From assembly GCA_963793485.1 (NCBI GenBank), contig CAWCAB010000003.1, positions 740,418-804,417 on the forward strand: 64,000 nucleotides of DNA, written 5' to 3'. The notes under the pieces are model-generated. The model had not been told where the DNA came from and made no database searches. It saw only the letters and a list, made by a program, of their open reading frames with translations. Below, piece after piece: positions 54,895 through 64,000 of the stretch. The translations under genes were made by a program, and so were the position numbers. Origin of the DNA: an uncultured Bacteroidota bacterium (GTDB lineage: Bacteria; Bacteroidota; Bacteroidia; Bacteroidales; B18-G4). Every line of letters starts with the position of its first letter. Position 1 is the first letter of the stretch.

Positions 54895-55142
54895 ATTCTC
54901 ATATAAGATTCCAATAGTGCCTCTATAGTTCGTATTCTTATTGGTTTGTGTATAAATACGACGATATTGGATGCAATTGAGATAGTATTGAGTATTGAGT
55001 ATTGAGTTTTGGGTGTTGAGTTATTTTAAAGGTTAATTATCCCAACCCGGCATTAGAGAGTTTGTTCCTTGTTACTCGTTGCTCGTTCTTCGGTCCTTTT
55101 TCGCTTGGAGGTAATGATTAGTGTTTCTCAGTGTATTAGAGC

Positions 55143-55838
55143 TTAGTCCTGTCCAATTGCAAACTTCACAGCTGCATCAGCATGAATCTCTGTTGTATTA
55201 AACAGGGGAATGTCGAAATCTTCCTGATTCAGTAGTAATGGGATCTCTGTACAGCCCAGGATGATACCTTCAGCTCCCAGTTCCACCATGTCACTAATGA
55301 TGCGGGTATATTCCGATCTTGTCTCGTCCGAGAATATTTCTTTGCTGAATTCTTCGAAGATGCTACGGTTAATAAATTCGCGATCGTCAAAACCGGGAAT
55401 AATGGTTTCTATATTAAACTCTGCCATTTTTTCGCGATAAAAGTCTTTCTCCATGGTGACCTTGGTTCCCAGGAGAGCAACTTTTTTAAGCCCCTTCTTA
55501 GCGATGACTTTAGCTGTTTCCTCGCCGATATGGATCAGTGGAATGGAAATTCTTTCCTGAATAAAATTGGCCATCATGTGGATGGTATTGGCACCGAGTA
55601 AAAGACAATCAGCGCCAGAATATTCAAGTTTATTGGCAGCATCGAGGATCATTTTTTTTAGTGCATCTTCCCGTCCTTCTGCCTTGAAGGTCATCACGTC
55701 CTGGAAATCCACCGAGTACAGGATTACCCTGGCAGAATGGTTTCGTCCCAGTGCTTTGGAAATTTTCTGGTTAAATAGCTTATAGTAATCTACAGTGGAA
55801 ACCCAGGTGGTGCCACCAACAATTCCGATTGTTTTCAT
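55143..55838 (-). CDS. Aspartate/glutamate racemase family protein
   Basis: MKTIGIVGG..W.ST..YY, ANTIH, LLGT..TM, ILGCTEIP. Confidence 0.88.
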   Translation of the reverse strand: MKTIGIVGGTTWVSTVDYYKLFNQKISKALGRNHSARVILYSVDFQDVMTFKAEGREDALKKMILDAANKLEYSGADCLLLGANTIHMMANFIQERISIPLIHIGEETAKVIAKKGLKKVALLGTKVTMEKDFYREKMAEFNIETIIPGFDDREFINRSIFEEFSKEIFSDETRSEYTRIISDMVELGAEGIILGCTEIPLLLNQEDFDIPLFNTTEIHADAAVKFAIGQD

Positions 55839-55996
55839 AAGCTAAAGATAATAAAAATTGGCGTTGGGCAGTAGGCCTTGGGCACTAGAAAACAGCTAAT
55901 TCAAAACCGAGCTTAGGAGTTATTTCACTGTTTTACTGATTCACTGATTCACTGTTTCACTGTTTCCTTGTTCCTTGTTCCTTGTTCCTCTGTTCT

Positions 55997-58367
55997 TTAT
56001 TCTTCTGTTCCATGATGCTCTGTCCGTCTGATGATCTCATCCTGGAGTTCTTCTGTAAGGTCAACGAAGTAATCGCTATATCCCGCCACACGGACGATCA
56101 GGTCACGGTGATCATCAGGATTCTTCTTTGCCTTGCGCAGGGTATCCACATCAACAACATTGAATTGTATGTGGTGTCCATTCATCTTAAAGTATGAACG
56201 GATCAGCTGACGCACTGCTGTGATCCCTTTTTCATCCTCAAGGAAGGAAGGCGTAAATTTCTGGTTTAAAAGGGTGCCTCCGGTGAGTAAATGGTTCATT
56301 TTTGCCGCTGATTTCAATACAGCAGTAGGTCCTTTACGATCAGCACCTTGCATGGGAGAGATGCCTTCAGAAAGGGGTTTGCGAGCATGGCGGCCATCAG
56401 GTGTGGCGCCGGTAACACTGCCAAAGTAAACATGACATGTTGTTGGAAGCATATTGATACGATAGTGTCCACCTTTCATATTGGGCCTGCCATCTACCGC
56501 GTCGAAATACATCTTAAATACAGTAAGCATGAACTGATCGGCCTCATCATTATCGTTGCCATATTTTGGGGTCTCATTCCAGAGTTTGCTCCTGAGTTCC
56601 TCCATCCCTTCAAAATCAACTTTAATGGCGTCCATTAACACATGGAATGAAATGCTTTTTTTATCGAAAATATGATGATTGATGGCAGATAGCATGTCGG
56701 TGATGCTTCCAATCCCAACACCTTGAATATAATTAGTATTATATCTTGCACCGCCGGCATTATAGTCAATACCTTTGGTAATACAGTCATCAGTGATCAT
56801 CGACAGGAAAGGAACAGGAAGGTATTTTGCATATAGCTTCTCAATGATATTATTCCCTTCGATCTTGATGTTGATAAAGTGATTCAGCTGCTTTTTGAAG
56901 GCGTCTAAAAGCTCTTCCATCCTTTTAAATCCGGTTGGCTCACCACTTTCGATCCCGATCATTTTTCCGCTTTGAGGATCTATACCGTTATTCAGAGTGA
57001 TCTCAAGTACTTTAGGGAGGTTGAAATAGCCTGTCAGGATGTACGCTTCCTTCCCGAAGGCACCAGTTTCCACACATCCGCTGGCACCACCATTCCTGGC
57101 ATCAACCAGGGTTTTTCCATGGTTCAACATTTCCTGGACGATGGCATCAGTATTGAATATGGAAGGCTGCCCAAAGCCAGTCTTTATGATCTTCAAAGCC
57201 CTGTCCACGAAGGCGTCAGGATTTCTATGACTCACCTGAAGCATTGAACTGGGTTGTAAGAGCCTCATTTCCTCAATCACATCCAGTATGAGGAAGCTTA
57301 GATCATTTACAGCATCACTGCCATCTTCTTTGAGCCCCCCTGTATTGATCAGGGAAAAGTCGGTGTAGGTATTGCTTTCTTTTGCCGTGATACCCACTTT
57401 CGGCGGGGCCGGATGGTTATTAAATTTTATCCAGAAAGCTTGCAATAGCTCCTTCGCTCTTTCCTTCTGCATTCTTCCTTCTGCAATTTCCTGTTCAAAG
57501 AATGGGAACAGATGCTGATCCAGGCGTCCGGGATTAAAGGAATCCCAGGGATTCAATTCTGTGATCACCGCCAGGTGGACAAACCAATAATATTGAAGGG
57601 CCTGCCAGAAATTTTCAGGCGGGTTGGCTGGAATATGCCTGCAATTTTTTTCCATTTCGAGCAGTTCAGCTTTCCTGTCTGCGTTGGTTTCTCTTGCAGC
57701 CAGGTTTGCCAGTGCATCCGCATAGCGCAATGAAAAACTCATAAGGGCATCGGCTACAATGTCCATGGCTTTTAACTCCTCATTCTTGTTGGCAGCTTCA
57801 GGATCCTTATCGAAATCCAGCGCCTGGATGCTCGTTTTGATCTTGTTTTTGAAATCGAGCATACCCATTCGATAGATCTTATCATCAAGTACGGTATGGC
57901 CAGGGGCACGCTGTTCCAGGAATTCAGTAAAGATACCTGCTGTGTAGCAATCTTTCCATTGTGATGAAACAGATTCGAAGATTTTTTCACGTATCGACTT
58001 GCCAGTCCAATATTCAGAAACTTCGCCGGTGAGAGTATTTACTGTATGATTCGATGCCTTGAACCAGACCTTCTCCCTGTCGTTCAGATACCTGGAGATC
58101 TTCCGGAGTGTGTACACAGATCTCAGGATAGCTTGGTGTTGCCTTTGGCTTAGGGCCACGTTCGCCAACGATAAGTTCGCCTTTGCCGATATAAATTTCT
58201 TTGTTATTGAGGATGTAACTCAATGCCATTGCACGTTGTACCGGAATAGACAGTTCATCTATGCCTTTCTGCTTGTAAAACTTGGTCAGAAGCTTAGCGC
58301 GTTCTTCAGAAATATACGGCACTGCATTCAGGCTTTTTTCGCGTAATGTTTTTATTCTCTTATTCAT
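55997..58367 (-). CDS. hypD: Glycyl radical enzyme trans-4-hydroxy-L-proline dehydratase (1-nt frameshift near 58090)
   Basis: EQRAPGHTV, PWDSFNPG, ESNTYTDF, SGCVE, TGYFN, LPTTCH, VRVAGYS match recalled HypD active-site motifs. Confidence 0.85.
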
Positions 58368-58375
58368 GATCAGTT

Positions 58376-59137
58376 TTATCCTCCAATATTTACTTTAAAT
58401 CCCATGGATTTGAACTTGTCACGGATCTCCAATATCCTGTTTTCGTCGGGGGCTGTGAGCGTATTGCTGCTCTTGATTCCCATTTTCTCTTGTTTTCCTT
58501 TTCCCAGGTCATGATATGACAGCAGGTCGATCTCAACATTTTCGGCACTACTCAACATGCTTGCGATCCCATCCAGGTTGCCATCATCGGCTGTGATCTC
58601 ATTCACCAGCGGGATACGAATGCGGTAAGGAACCTTCATCTCTGCCAGGTGTTTGAGATTAATATGAATCAGGCTGTTTCCGGTCCCTGTATAGAGCTCA
58701 TGTCTCTTATTGTCAATGATCTTCAGATCGAAGAGGATAAGGTTTGTTAAACTCGCCACCTCGTTGAATATCTCCTCCGGGGCATATCCCGATGTATCTA
58801 CTGTGGTGTGGATGCCCTCTTCTTTAAGCTTTTTGAGTATTTCCAGGAGGAATTCAGTTTGCATCAGGGGTTCTCCACCGGAAAAAGTCACACCGCCACC
58901 CGACTCTTCATAAAATACTTTGTCCTTAAGGATTTCATCCAGCAGTTCATCTATTGAGTACTTCTTTATGGATGATTGAGGAGCATATCTGCCCTTGCTT
59001 TCAATATGTTGCGGAATTCCTTCAGGATTATGACACCAGGAACATTGCAAGGGGCAGCCCTGGAAAAAGACTGTTGTCCGGATGCCGGGCCCATCGTGGA
59101 TAGAAAATCGTTGGATGTTAAAAATGTATGCGTGCAT
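58376..59137 (-). CDS. Glycyl-radical enzyme activating enzyme (radical SAM)
   Basis: HDGPGIRT, CPLQCSWCHNPE, GVTFSGGEP; no ferredoxin insert. Confidence 0.92.
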   Translation of the reverse strand: MHAYIFNIQRFSIHDGPGIRTTVFFQGCPLQCSWCHNPEGIPQHIESKGRYAPQSSIKKYSIDELLDEILKDKVFYEESGGGVTFSGGEPLMQTEFLLEILKKLKEEGIHTTVDTSGYAPEEIFNEVASLTNLILFDLKIIDNKRHELYTGTGNSLIHINLKHLAEMKVPYRIRIPLVNEITADDGNLDGIASMLSSAENVEIDLLSYHDLGKGKQEKMGIKSSNTLTAPDENRILEIRDKFKSMGFKVNIGG

Positions 59138-59379
59138 GACTTATGCTTCTTGAAGCATTAATGAATAAAACGAAAGACAGGGGGGAGTCCGGACTAATAT
59201 ATCCAACATTCAAAGAGTCCCTTCCAGGACTTTTTGTACCATTTGCCGATATTAAGGATATAAGGCATAATAGTCTTAGATTGTGTTACAAAGATAATAC
59301 ATTTTCTACCGAAGTGGGACATTTTTTGATTTTCAGTATTAATAAGTAGGGCTGTCTTCGATGTGAGATAAAAGAAAAA

Positions 59380-59847
59380 TTTACCGCAAAGGTCACAAAG
59401 TTATTCGCAAAGAACACAAAGATTGTTAGGAATGAATGAGGAAAAACTGTTTAAGGATGTCTTGGATTTGTCTTTTAAGGTCCATATCTCATTGGGGCCT
59501 GGTTTACTTGAAAGTGCATATGAACAATGCTTATTTTATGAACTTTCGAAATCTGGTTTGTTTGTTGAAAAACAGAAGCCATTGCCATTAGTTTATGAAG
59601 ATGTTAAATTAGAAGTTGGATATAGAGTTGACTTATTTGTTGAGAATCAGATTGTTATTGAAGTCAAATCTGTCGAGGCATTAGCTGATGTGCATCTTGC
59701 CCAAATATTGACTTATTTAAAGCTCTCAAATTGCAGACTAGGATTACTTGTAAATTTTAACGTTCGGTATCTAAAAGATGGTATCCGACGAGTGATATTT
59801 TCCTCTTCGCGGTCTTAGCGGTAGTCTTTGTGTCCTTTGAGGTTAAA
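59380..59847. mobile_element. Candidate GxxExxY cassette bounded by imperfect inverted 9-mer arrays
   Basis: 59380-59422 matches the reverse complement of 59804-59847 at about 32/44 positions. Confidence 0.5.
59432..59818 (+). CDS. GxxExxY protein (PD-(D/E)XK nuclease family)
   Basis: LGPGLLESAYE, YRVDLFVE..IVIEVKS, AQILTYL, GLLVNF. Confidence 0.92.
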   Translation: MNEEKLFKDVLDLSFKVHISLGPGLLESAYEQCLFYELSKSGLFVEKQKPLPLVYEDVKLEVGYRVDLFVENQIVIEVKSVEALADVHLAQILTYLKLSNCRLGLLVNFNVRYLKDGIRRVIFSSSRS

Positions 59848-59899
59848 CGAATTCTTATCTATTCATTCGAAGTGATATCTTTGTATAAATTAGTCTTGG

Positions 59900-60853
59900 A
59901 TGATGGAATTTGAACTGCCGGAAGATATATTTACTCCTTTGGAAGAACTAAGGGCATGTAATATATGTCCCAGGAAGTGCAATGCCGATCGTTTTTCATC
60001 CAAAAAAGGCTATTGCAAAGCCGGAACAGAATTCAGCATCTCATCTATTTGTATCCATAGGGGAGAGGAGCCGGTGATCAGCGGCAGCAAAGGGATTTGT
60101 AATGTGTTTTTCACCCACTGTAACTTGCAATGTGTATATTGCCAGAACTGGCAAATCAGCGATAACAGCCTGGATCATAGCCCGGAATTCATGGAACTGG
60201 ATGAAGTGCTAAGACAGATCATATTTATTCTGGATACAGGCATCAATATTCTTGGATTTGTATCTCCGGGGCATTACATCCCTCAAATGAAGATCATTGT
60301 GAATGCGCTCAATCATCTTGGGTATAAGCCTACTATTGTTTATAATTCAAATGGTTACGACGATGCAGCACAATTGAAGAAACTGGAAGGGATGGTAGAT
60401 GTTTACCTGCCGGATTTCAAGTATATGGAAGAGGGGACTGCCCGGAGGTATTCCGATGTAAAAGATTATCCTGAGATTGCCCTGAAGGCTCACAAGGAGA
60501 TGTACAGACAGATGGGAAGCAACCTCATCATAGACAATGAAGGTTATGCCATGCGAGGAATGCTTATACGGCACCTTGTTCTGCCGGGGCATACGGAGAA
60601 TAGTATTAAAGTGCTGGAAGCGATTGCGAATGAGTTATCGCCAAGCGTGCATGTTGCCTTGATGTCGCAATATTATCCGACTCACAGAGCAAATGAATAT
60701 GCGCTTCTGAATCAGACAGTTGATTCTAAAGAATACCATAAAGTCATCGATAAAATGACGGAATTAGAAATTACAAGGGGCTTTGTGCAGGGAATTGAGA
60801 GTGCTGATAATTACAGGCCGGATTTTGATGGAAATCATCCATTTGAAAATTGA
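59900..60853 (+). CDS. Radical SAM protein, PflX-like
   Basis: CNICPRKC, HRGEEP.ISG, CNLQCVYCQN, YLPDFKY, IRHLVLPG, MSQYYP. Confidence 0.85.
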   Translation: MMEFELPEDIFTPLEELRACNICPRKCNADRFSSKKGYCKAGTEFSISSICIHRGEEPVISGSKGICNVFFTHCNLQCVYCQNWQISDNSLDHSPEFMELDEVLRQIIFILDTGINILGFVSPGHYIPQMKIIVNALNHLGYKPTIVYNSNGYDDAAQLKKLEGMVDVYLPDFKYMEEGTARRYSDVKDYPEIALKAHKEMYRQMGSNLIIDNEGYAMRGMLIRHLVLPGHTENSIKVLEAIANELSPSVHVALMSQYYPTHRANEYALLNQTVDSKEYHKVIDKMTELEITRGFVQGIESADNYRPDFDGNHPFEN

Positions 60854-60854
60854 A

Positions 60855-60966
60855 AAGCTGGCTGCTGATAGCTGGTGGCTGTTGGCTGTGTCAAAGATCC
60901 AGGATCTAGTATCTAGTATCCAGGATCTAGTATCTAGTATCCAGTAACAAGTAACAAGTAACAACA
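60855..60966. repeat. Heptamer arrays (TAGTATC/CAGGATC; AAGTAAC)
   Basis: caggatc tagtatc tagtatc caggatc tagtatc tagtatc cagtaac aagtaac aagtaac. Confidence 0.8.
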
Positions 60967-60967
60967 T

Positions 60968-61856
60968 ATGTATTATCCCATTGACTACAGCGAACCCCTT
61001 TTCCGCCCTCCCAGCGAGGCCTATTCTCTAATCTTGCAACCCACCATAGGATGCAGCTGGAACTCTTGTGCATTTTGCGAGATGTACACCACCAAGAAAT
61101 TCAGTATCAGGGAACTGGATGATGTGCTTGCTGAGATCCAGTCAATGGCCGAATACAAAGATCAAATTCGTAAAGTATTCCTGGGAGATGGCAATGCCAT
61201 GGCCCTGCCTGCAGATTATCTGATCGACTTGCTGGATGAGTTGAATCGTGCATTTCCCAGGCTGAGCCGGGTTTCATCCTACGCCATCCCAAAAGACCTG
61301 GCAGGCAAGACCGATGAAGAATTGAGCAAGATCAGGGAGGCTGGGCTGAAACTCATCTATGTGGGCATTGAATCAGGTGATGATGAAGTGCTTGCAAATG
61401 GTGAATAAGGGTGAAACTCACGAAAGTACTATTGAGGGCATGTTGAAGTCAAAGGAAGCAGGGATGAAGAGCTCTGTGATGATCTTAAGCGGATTAGGGG
61501 GTAAAATATACAGCCAACAGCATGCAGCCAACAGTGCTATGGTGGTAAATGCAGTCCAGCCGGAATACCTCTCCACGCTGGTCTTGAGCTATCCCCACGG
61601 ACTGGAGCATTTTAAGAAACGCTTTAAAGGTGATTTCGAAGCCTGTGAAATCCCGGATCTTCTGCTTGAACTGAGGACCTTCCTGTCCAGTACAGAGCTC
61701 GAACACACTATTTTTCGCAGCGATCATGCCTCAAACTACCTCATACTGAAAGGAAACCTGGGACGTGACAAAAATCGTATGCTGGAAGAGATTGATGCTG
61801 CCCTGAACAATCCTCTAGGGGCAGGGCTGAGGCCGGAGTGGCTGCGCGGACTTTAA
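60968..61856 (+). CDS. Radical SAM protein (1-nt frameshift near 61395)
   Basis: RPPSEA, GCSWNSCAFCEMY, FLGDGNA, GIESGDDEVL|MVNKG, FRSDHASNY. Confidence 0.8.
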
Positions 61857-61941
61857 GATATCTGATATCTGATATTTGATATTCGAACCTCTTTCATGGG
61901 CTGCTTTGAAAAAGTGTTAATTTAGATTTATATTTTAATGC

Positions 61942-62127
61942 ATGAGGAAATCTTCTTTAATATTGATACTTCTCGTGACTTTGTCATTCTCTGTGAATGC
62001 TCAGCTGAATATCTTTAAAGGTGATTCCGTTACGATTGGCAAATTAAGGGTGCCTGCACAACTTTCATTAGGTGGGGCGATCAGGCTGAATGAGAATTTG
62101 CATGATTATTATAAAAAATGTCAGTAG
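61942..62127 (+). CDS. Short signal-peptide-bearing ORF, possibly a truncated gene
   Basis: MRKSSLILILLVTLSFSVNAQ Bacteroidota-type signal peptide (Gln at +1), only 61 aa. Confidence 0.4.
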   Translation: MRKSSLILILLVTLSFSVNAQLNIFKGDSVTIGKLRVPAQLSLGGAIRLNENLHDYYKKCQ

Positions 62128-62195
62128 GGGTGCTTTCTTATTAAGATTTCGATAAAACCTGGATGAGAAATTAAAGAAATTAATAGATTTGCATT

Positions 62196-62549
62196 ATGTC
62201 AGAAATAACAGGGAAAATCATTAAGATCATGGATCCCGTAAATGGAGAAGGCAAGAACGGGCCATGGAAGAAACAGGAATTTATATTTGAAACTCCGGGA
62301 GAATACCCAAAGAAGGTTTGTATTGCCAACTGGAATGATAAGGTCTCACCTGATGAACTGAAGCTTGGTTCAGAAGTTACCGTCAGCATCAACATCGAAA
62401 GCCGCGAATTCAACGATCGATGGTATACCGATGTGAAGATGTGGAGAATAGAAACACAGGGGCCTACAGACCAGCCATCAGCTCCACCGCCTCATGATAT
62501 CTCGGATGCTCCACCACCTATTGAAGAAGATGATGGCTTGCCGTTTTAA
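62196..62549 (+). CDS. DUF3127 (OB-fold, SSB-like acidic tail) protein
   Basis: WKKQEFI.ET..EYPKKV, SREFNDRWYTDV..W, DDGLPF tail. Confidence 0.88.
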   Translation: MSEITGKIIKIMDPVNGEGKNGPWKKQEFIFETPGEYPKKVCIANWNDKVSPDELKLGSEVTVSINIESREFNDRWYTDVKMWRIETQGPTDQPSAPPPHDISDAPPPIEEDDGLPF

Positions 62550-62620
62550 AGAAAAAAAACGTATCATGCAAGTAACCTGATATTTTCGACAGACGCGAAT
62601 TAATCTTATTTCAATTATAC

Positions 62621-62654
62621 AAAAAAAAATGAGCCATTACGGCTCATTTTTTTT
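62621..62654. terminator. Bidirectional terminator
   Basis: A-run, TGAGCC-ATTAC-GGCTCA, T-run between convergent genes. Confidence 0.8.
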
Positions 62655-62677
62655 ATTAATATTTTATATAATAGATA

Positions 62678-63723
62678 CTAATCAAAGTTTCCACATACCA
62701 CTGAGTGAGCAGTTACCCATATTTCTCCTGAAAGACCATCAATTGTAAAGGAATTCCCTCCGGAATAATCAAACTGACCTGGTGCAGTTATAAATTTATT
62801 CTTCTTATTCAAAGGTAACCTTGTTCCTTCTGTTTCTCCAATATGTAAGTGTGTTTCCTCCAGAGTATACCCCGGCATCAATATTGTAAGTGATGGTTGC
62901 TGTACCCGCAGCATACACAATATCTAGGGTTCCTACAAGGGTACCCTTACTGATATCGCATTGTCCGGCTCCTGCATAAATAGGCCCACTGGTAGGTTCC
63001 TTCACCTATTCCCCCATTTGACCAGCCCCAGTTATTACCCTGTGTATTAAGGTTGAGGAAACAGTCATCCTGATCCCCTCCATAAGCATATGCGGTTTCG
63101 CATGTTGGTTCTTCACAAGGTTCAATGCAAAAATCAACATAATATCCATAGGATTTAAGTGAGGAATTGGCAAAAACCCTATAAACCCATGCATTTGTAG
63201 CTGTATCCTTAAGATTGACTACAGCCACAATATCCAGACATTCATTTAGATCAATTCCTTCATTCTCTAATTCAGTGAAAGAAATTATTTCCTGATGCTC
63301 CTGGGTATTTATATTGGTTGTTATGAAAGGGAAATTTTCTAAATCTATAAAATGAGCAGATCCGTCCGGATTCCATGCATCGGCAATCGTCGATAGTGGC
63401 GTCATGCCATCATTAATAATATAGATATAAGTTTTCCGAATATTGTAGCCGTTATTTTCATCAATATCAAAATTGAAAATCAAATTAGATTCATCATTGC
63501 CAATCGTTACCGTACCAAAATCATTTGTTTGGTCCCACTGGTTTAATGTAAAGGTCAATGTATTACCGCAATAATCTTTAATGTCAATAGATGTATTGTC
63601 AATAAATTCATCTGCAGGTGTTTGAACTGGTTCATCAATTTGATCAGTTTTCTCGCATGAGAAAGAAACTATGCTAAAGACTATGATCAGGCCTAGCAAC
63701 TTTAAAATTTTAATCTGTTTCAT
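62678..63723 (-). CDS. Hypothetical lipoprotein with two related beta-rich domains (frameshifts near 62975 and 62830)
   Basis: SFSC lipobox; CETAYAYG..CF..NNWGW, IYAGAGQCD..KGTLVG, ETHLHIG, APGQF, AHSVVC in successive frames. Confidence 0.6.
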
Positions 63724-63847
63724 AATTTTTAAATTTAGGTTAAATAAATATTTTAAAAGGTCAATAAACACGACAATTGTATTAATGATACATGCTTATA
63801 AAAATTTGTCTGGACGAATGAATAAGATAGCAGTGTATCAATATATC

Positions 63848-64000
63848 TTATATAGTATGGCTATGTTTCATCCTGAACCAGTACTTGCCATGCTTTTTCC
63901 TGCGATAGGCGATCACTGCCGACGGTAATACGGAGGCAAGTATTCCTAAGGAAAGGACAATGAAGAACAGGCTATAGTAACCGGTCGCATTAATGCATAA
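63848..64000 (-). CDS. C-terminal end of a membrane protein (truncated by window edge)
   Basis: Open frame LCINATGYYSLFFIVLSLGILASVLPSAVIAYRRKKHG...HTI*: a TM followed by a basic tail. Confidence 0.45.
   Translation of the reverse strand, partial: LCINATGYYSLFFIVLSLGILASVLPSAVIAYRRKKHGKYWFRMKHSHTI

Noticed and set aside
62120..62180. TPP riboswitch-like start (TAGGGGTGC...TGAGA)
   Set aside because: Lacks the downstream ACCTGAT...GCGTAGG core, and no thiamine gene follows

Overview
Chromosomal segment of an anaerobic Bacteroidota (Bacteroidales-like) organism. The assignment rests on TAnnTTTG -7 promoter boxes, a T9SS C-terminal sorting domain, lipoproteins and the gene repertoire. From left to right: an NAD-reducing [NiFe]-hydrogenase operon (hoxF end, hoxU, hoxY, hoxH, hoxW, DHOD-like gene) facing a nikR operon that encodes an exported nucleoside-hydrolase-fold/FmdE fusion and a His-rich Ni permease, followed by a small Cys-rich ORF; housekeeping genes (truA, sirtuin, mscS, S9 peptidase, tRNA-Met, ligA, namZ, lolE-like); a transketolase remnant collapsed by deletions; an ECF sigma/anti-sigma operon; a heavily disrupted surface-protein/T9SS locus with a tiny sorting-signal protein; a signalling cluster (adenylate cyclase, HD protein, PP2C, two USPs); an amino-acid fermentation cluster (ADP-forming acyl-CoA synthetase, symporter, porin, aminotransferase, 4-subunit 2-oxoacid:ferredoxin oxidoreductase); an SLC12-like transporter with a long tail; a hydroxyproline dehydratase (HypD) with its activase; a GxxExxY nuclease gene bracketed by inverted 9-mer arrays; and two radical SAM genes. 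Several genes, including essential ligA, carry single-base frameshifts, most plausibly long-read errors. Best leads: the nikR-coupled NH/FmdE nickel module, the GxxExxY inverted-repeat cassette together with the many inverted heptamer arrays, a candidate ncRNA behind three 21-bp-periodic boxes, and a nested inverted-repeat element on the tRNA-Met 3' end. All calls come from reading motifs by eye; no database searches were run.
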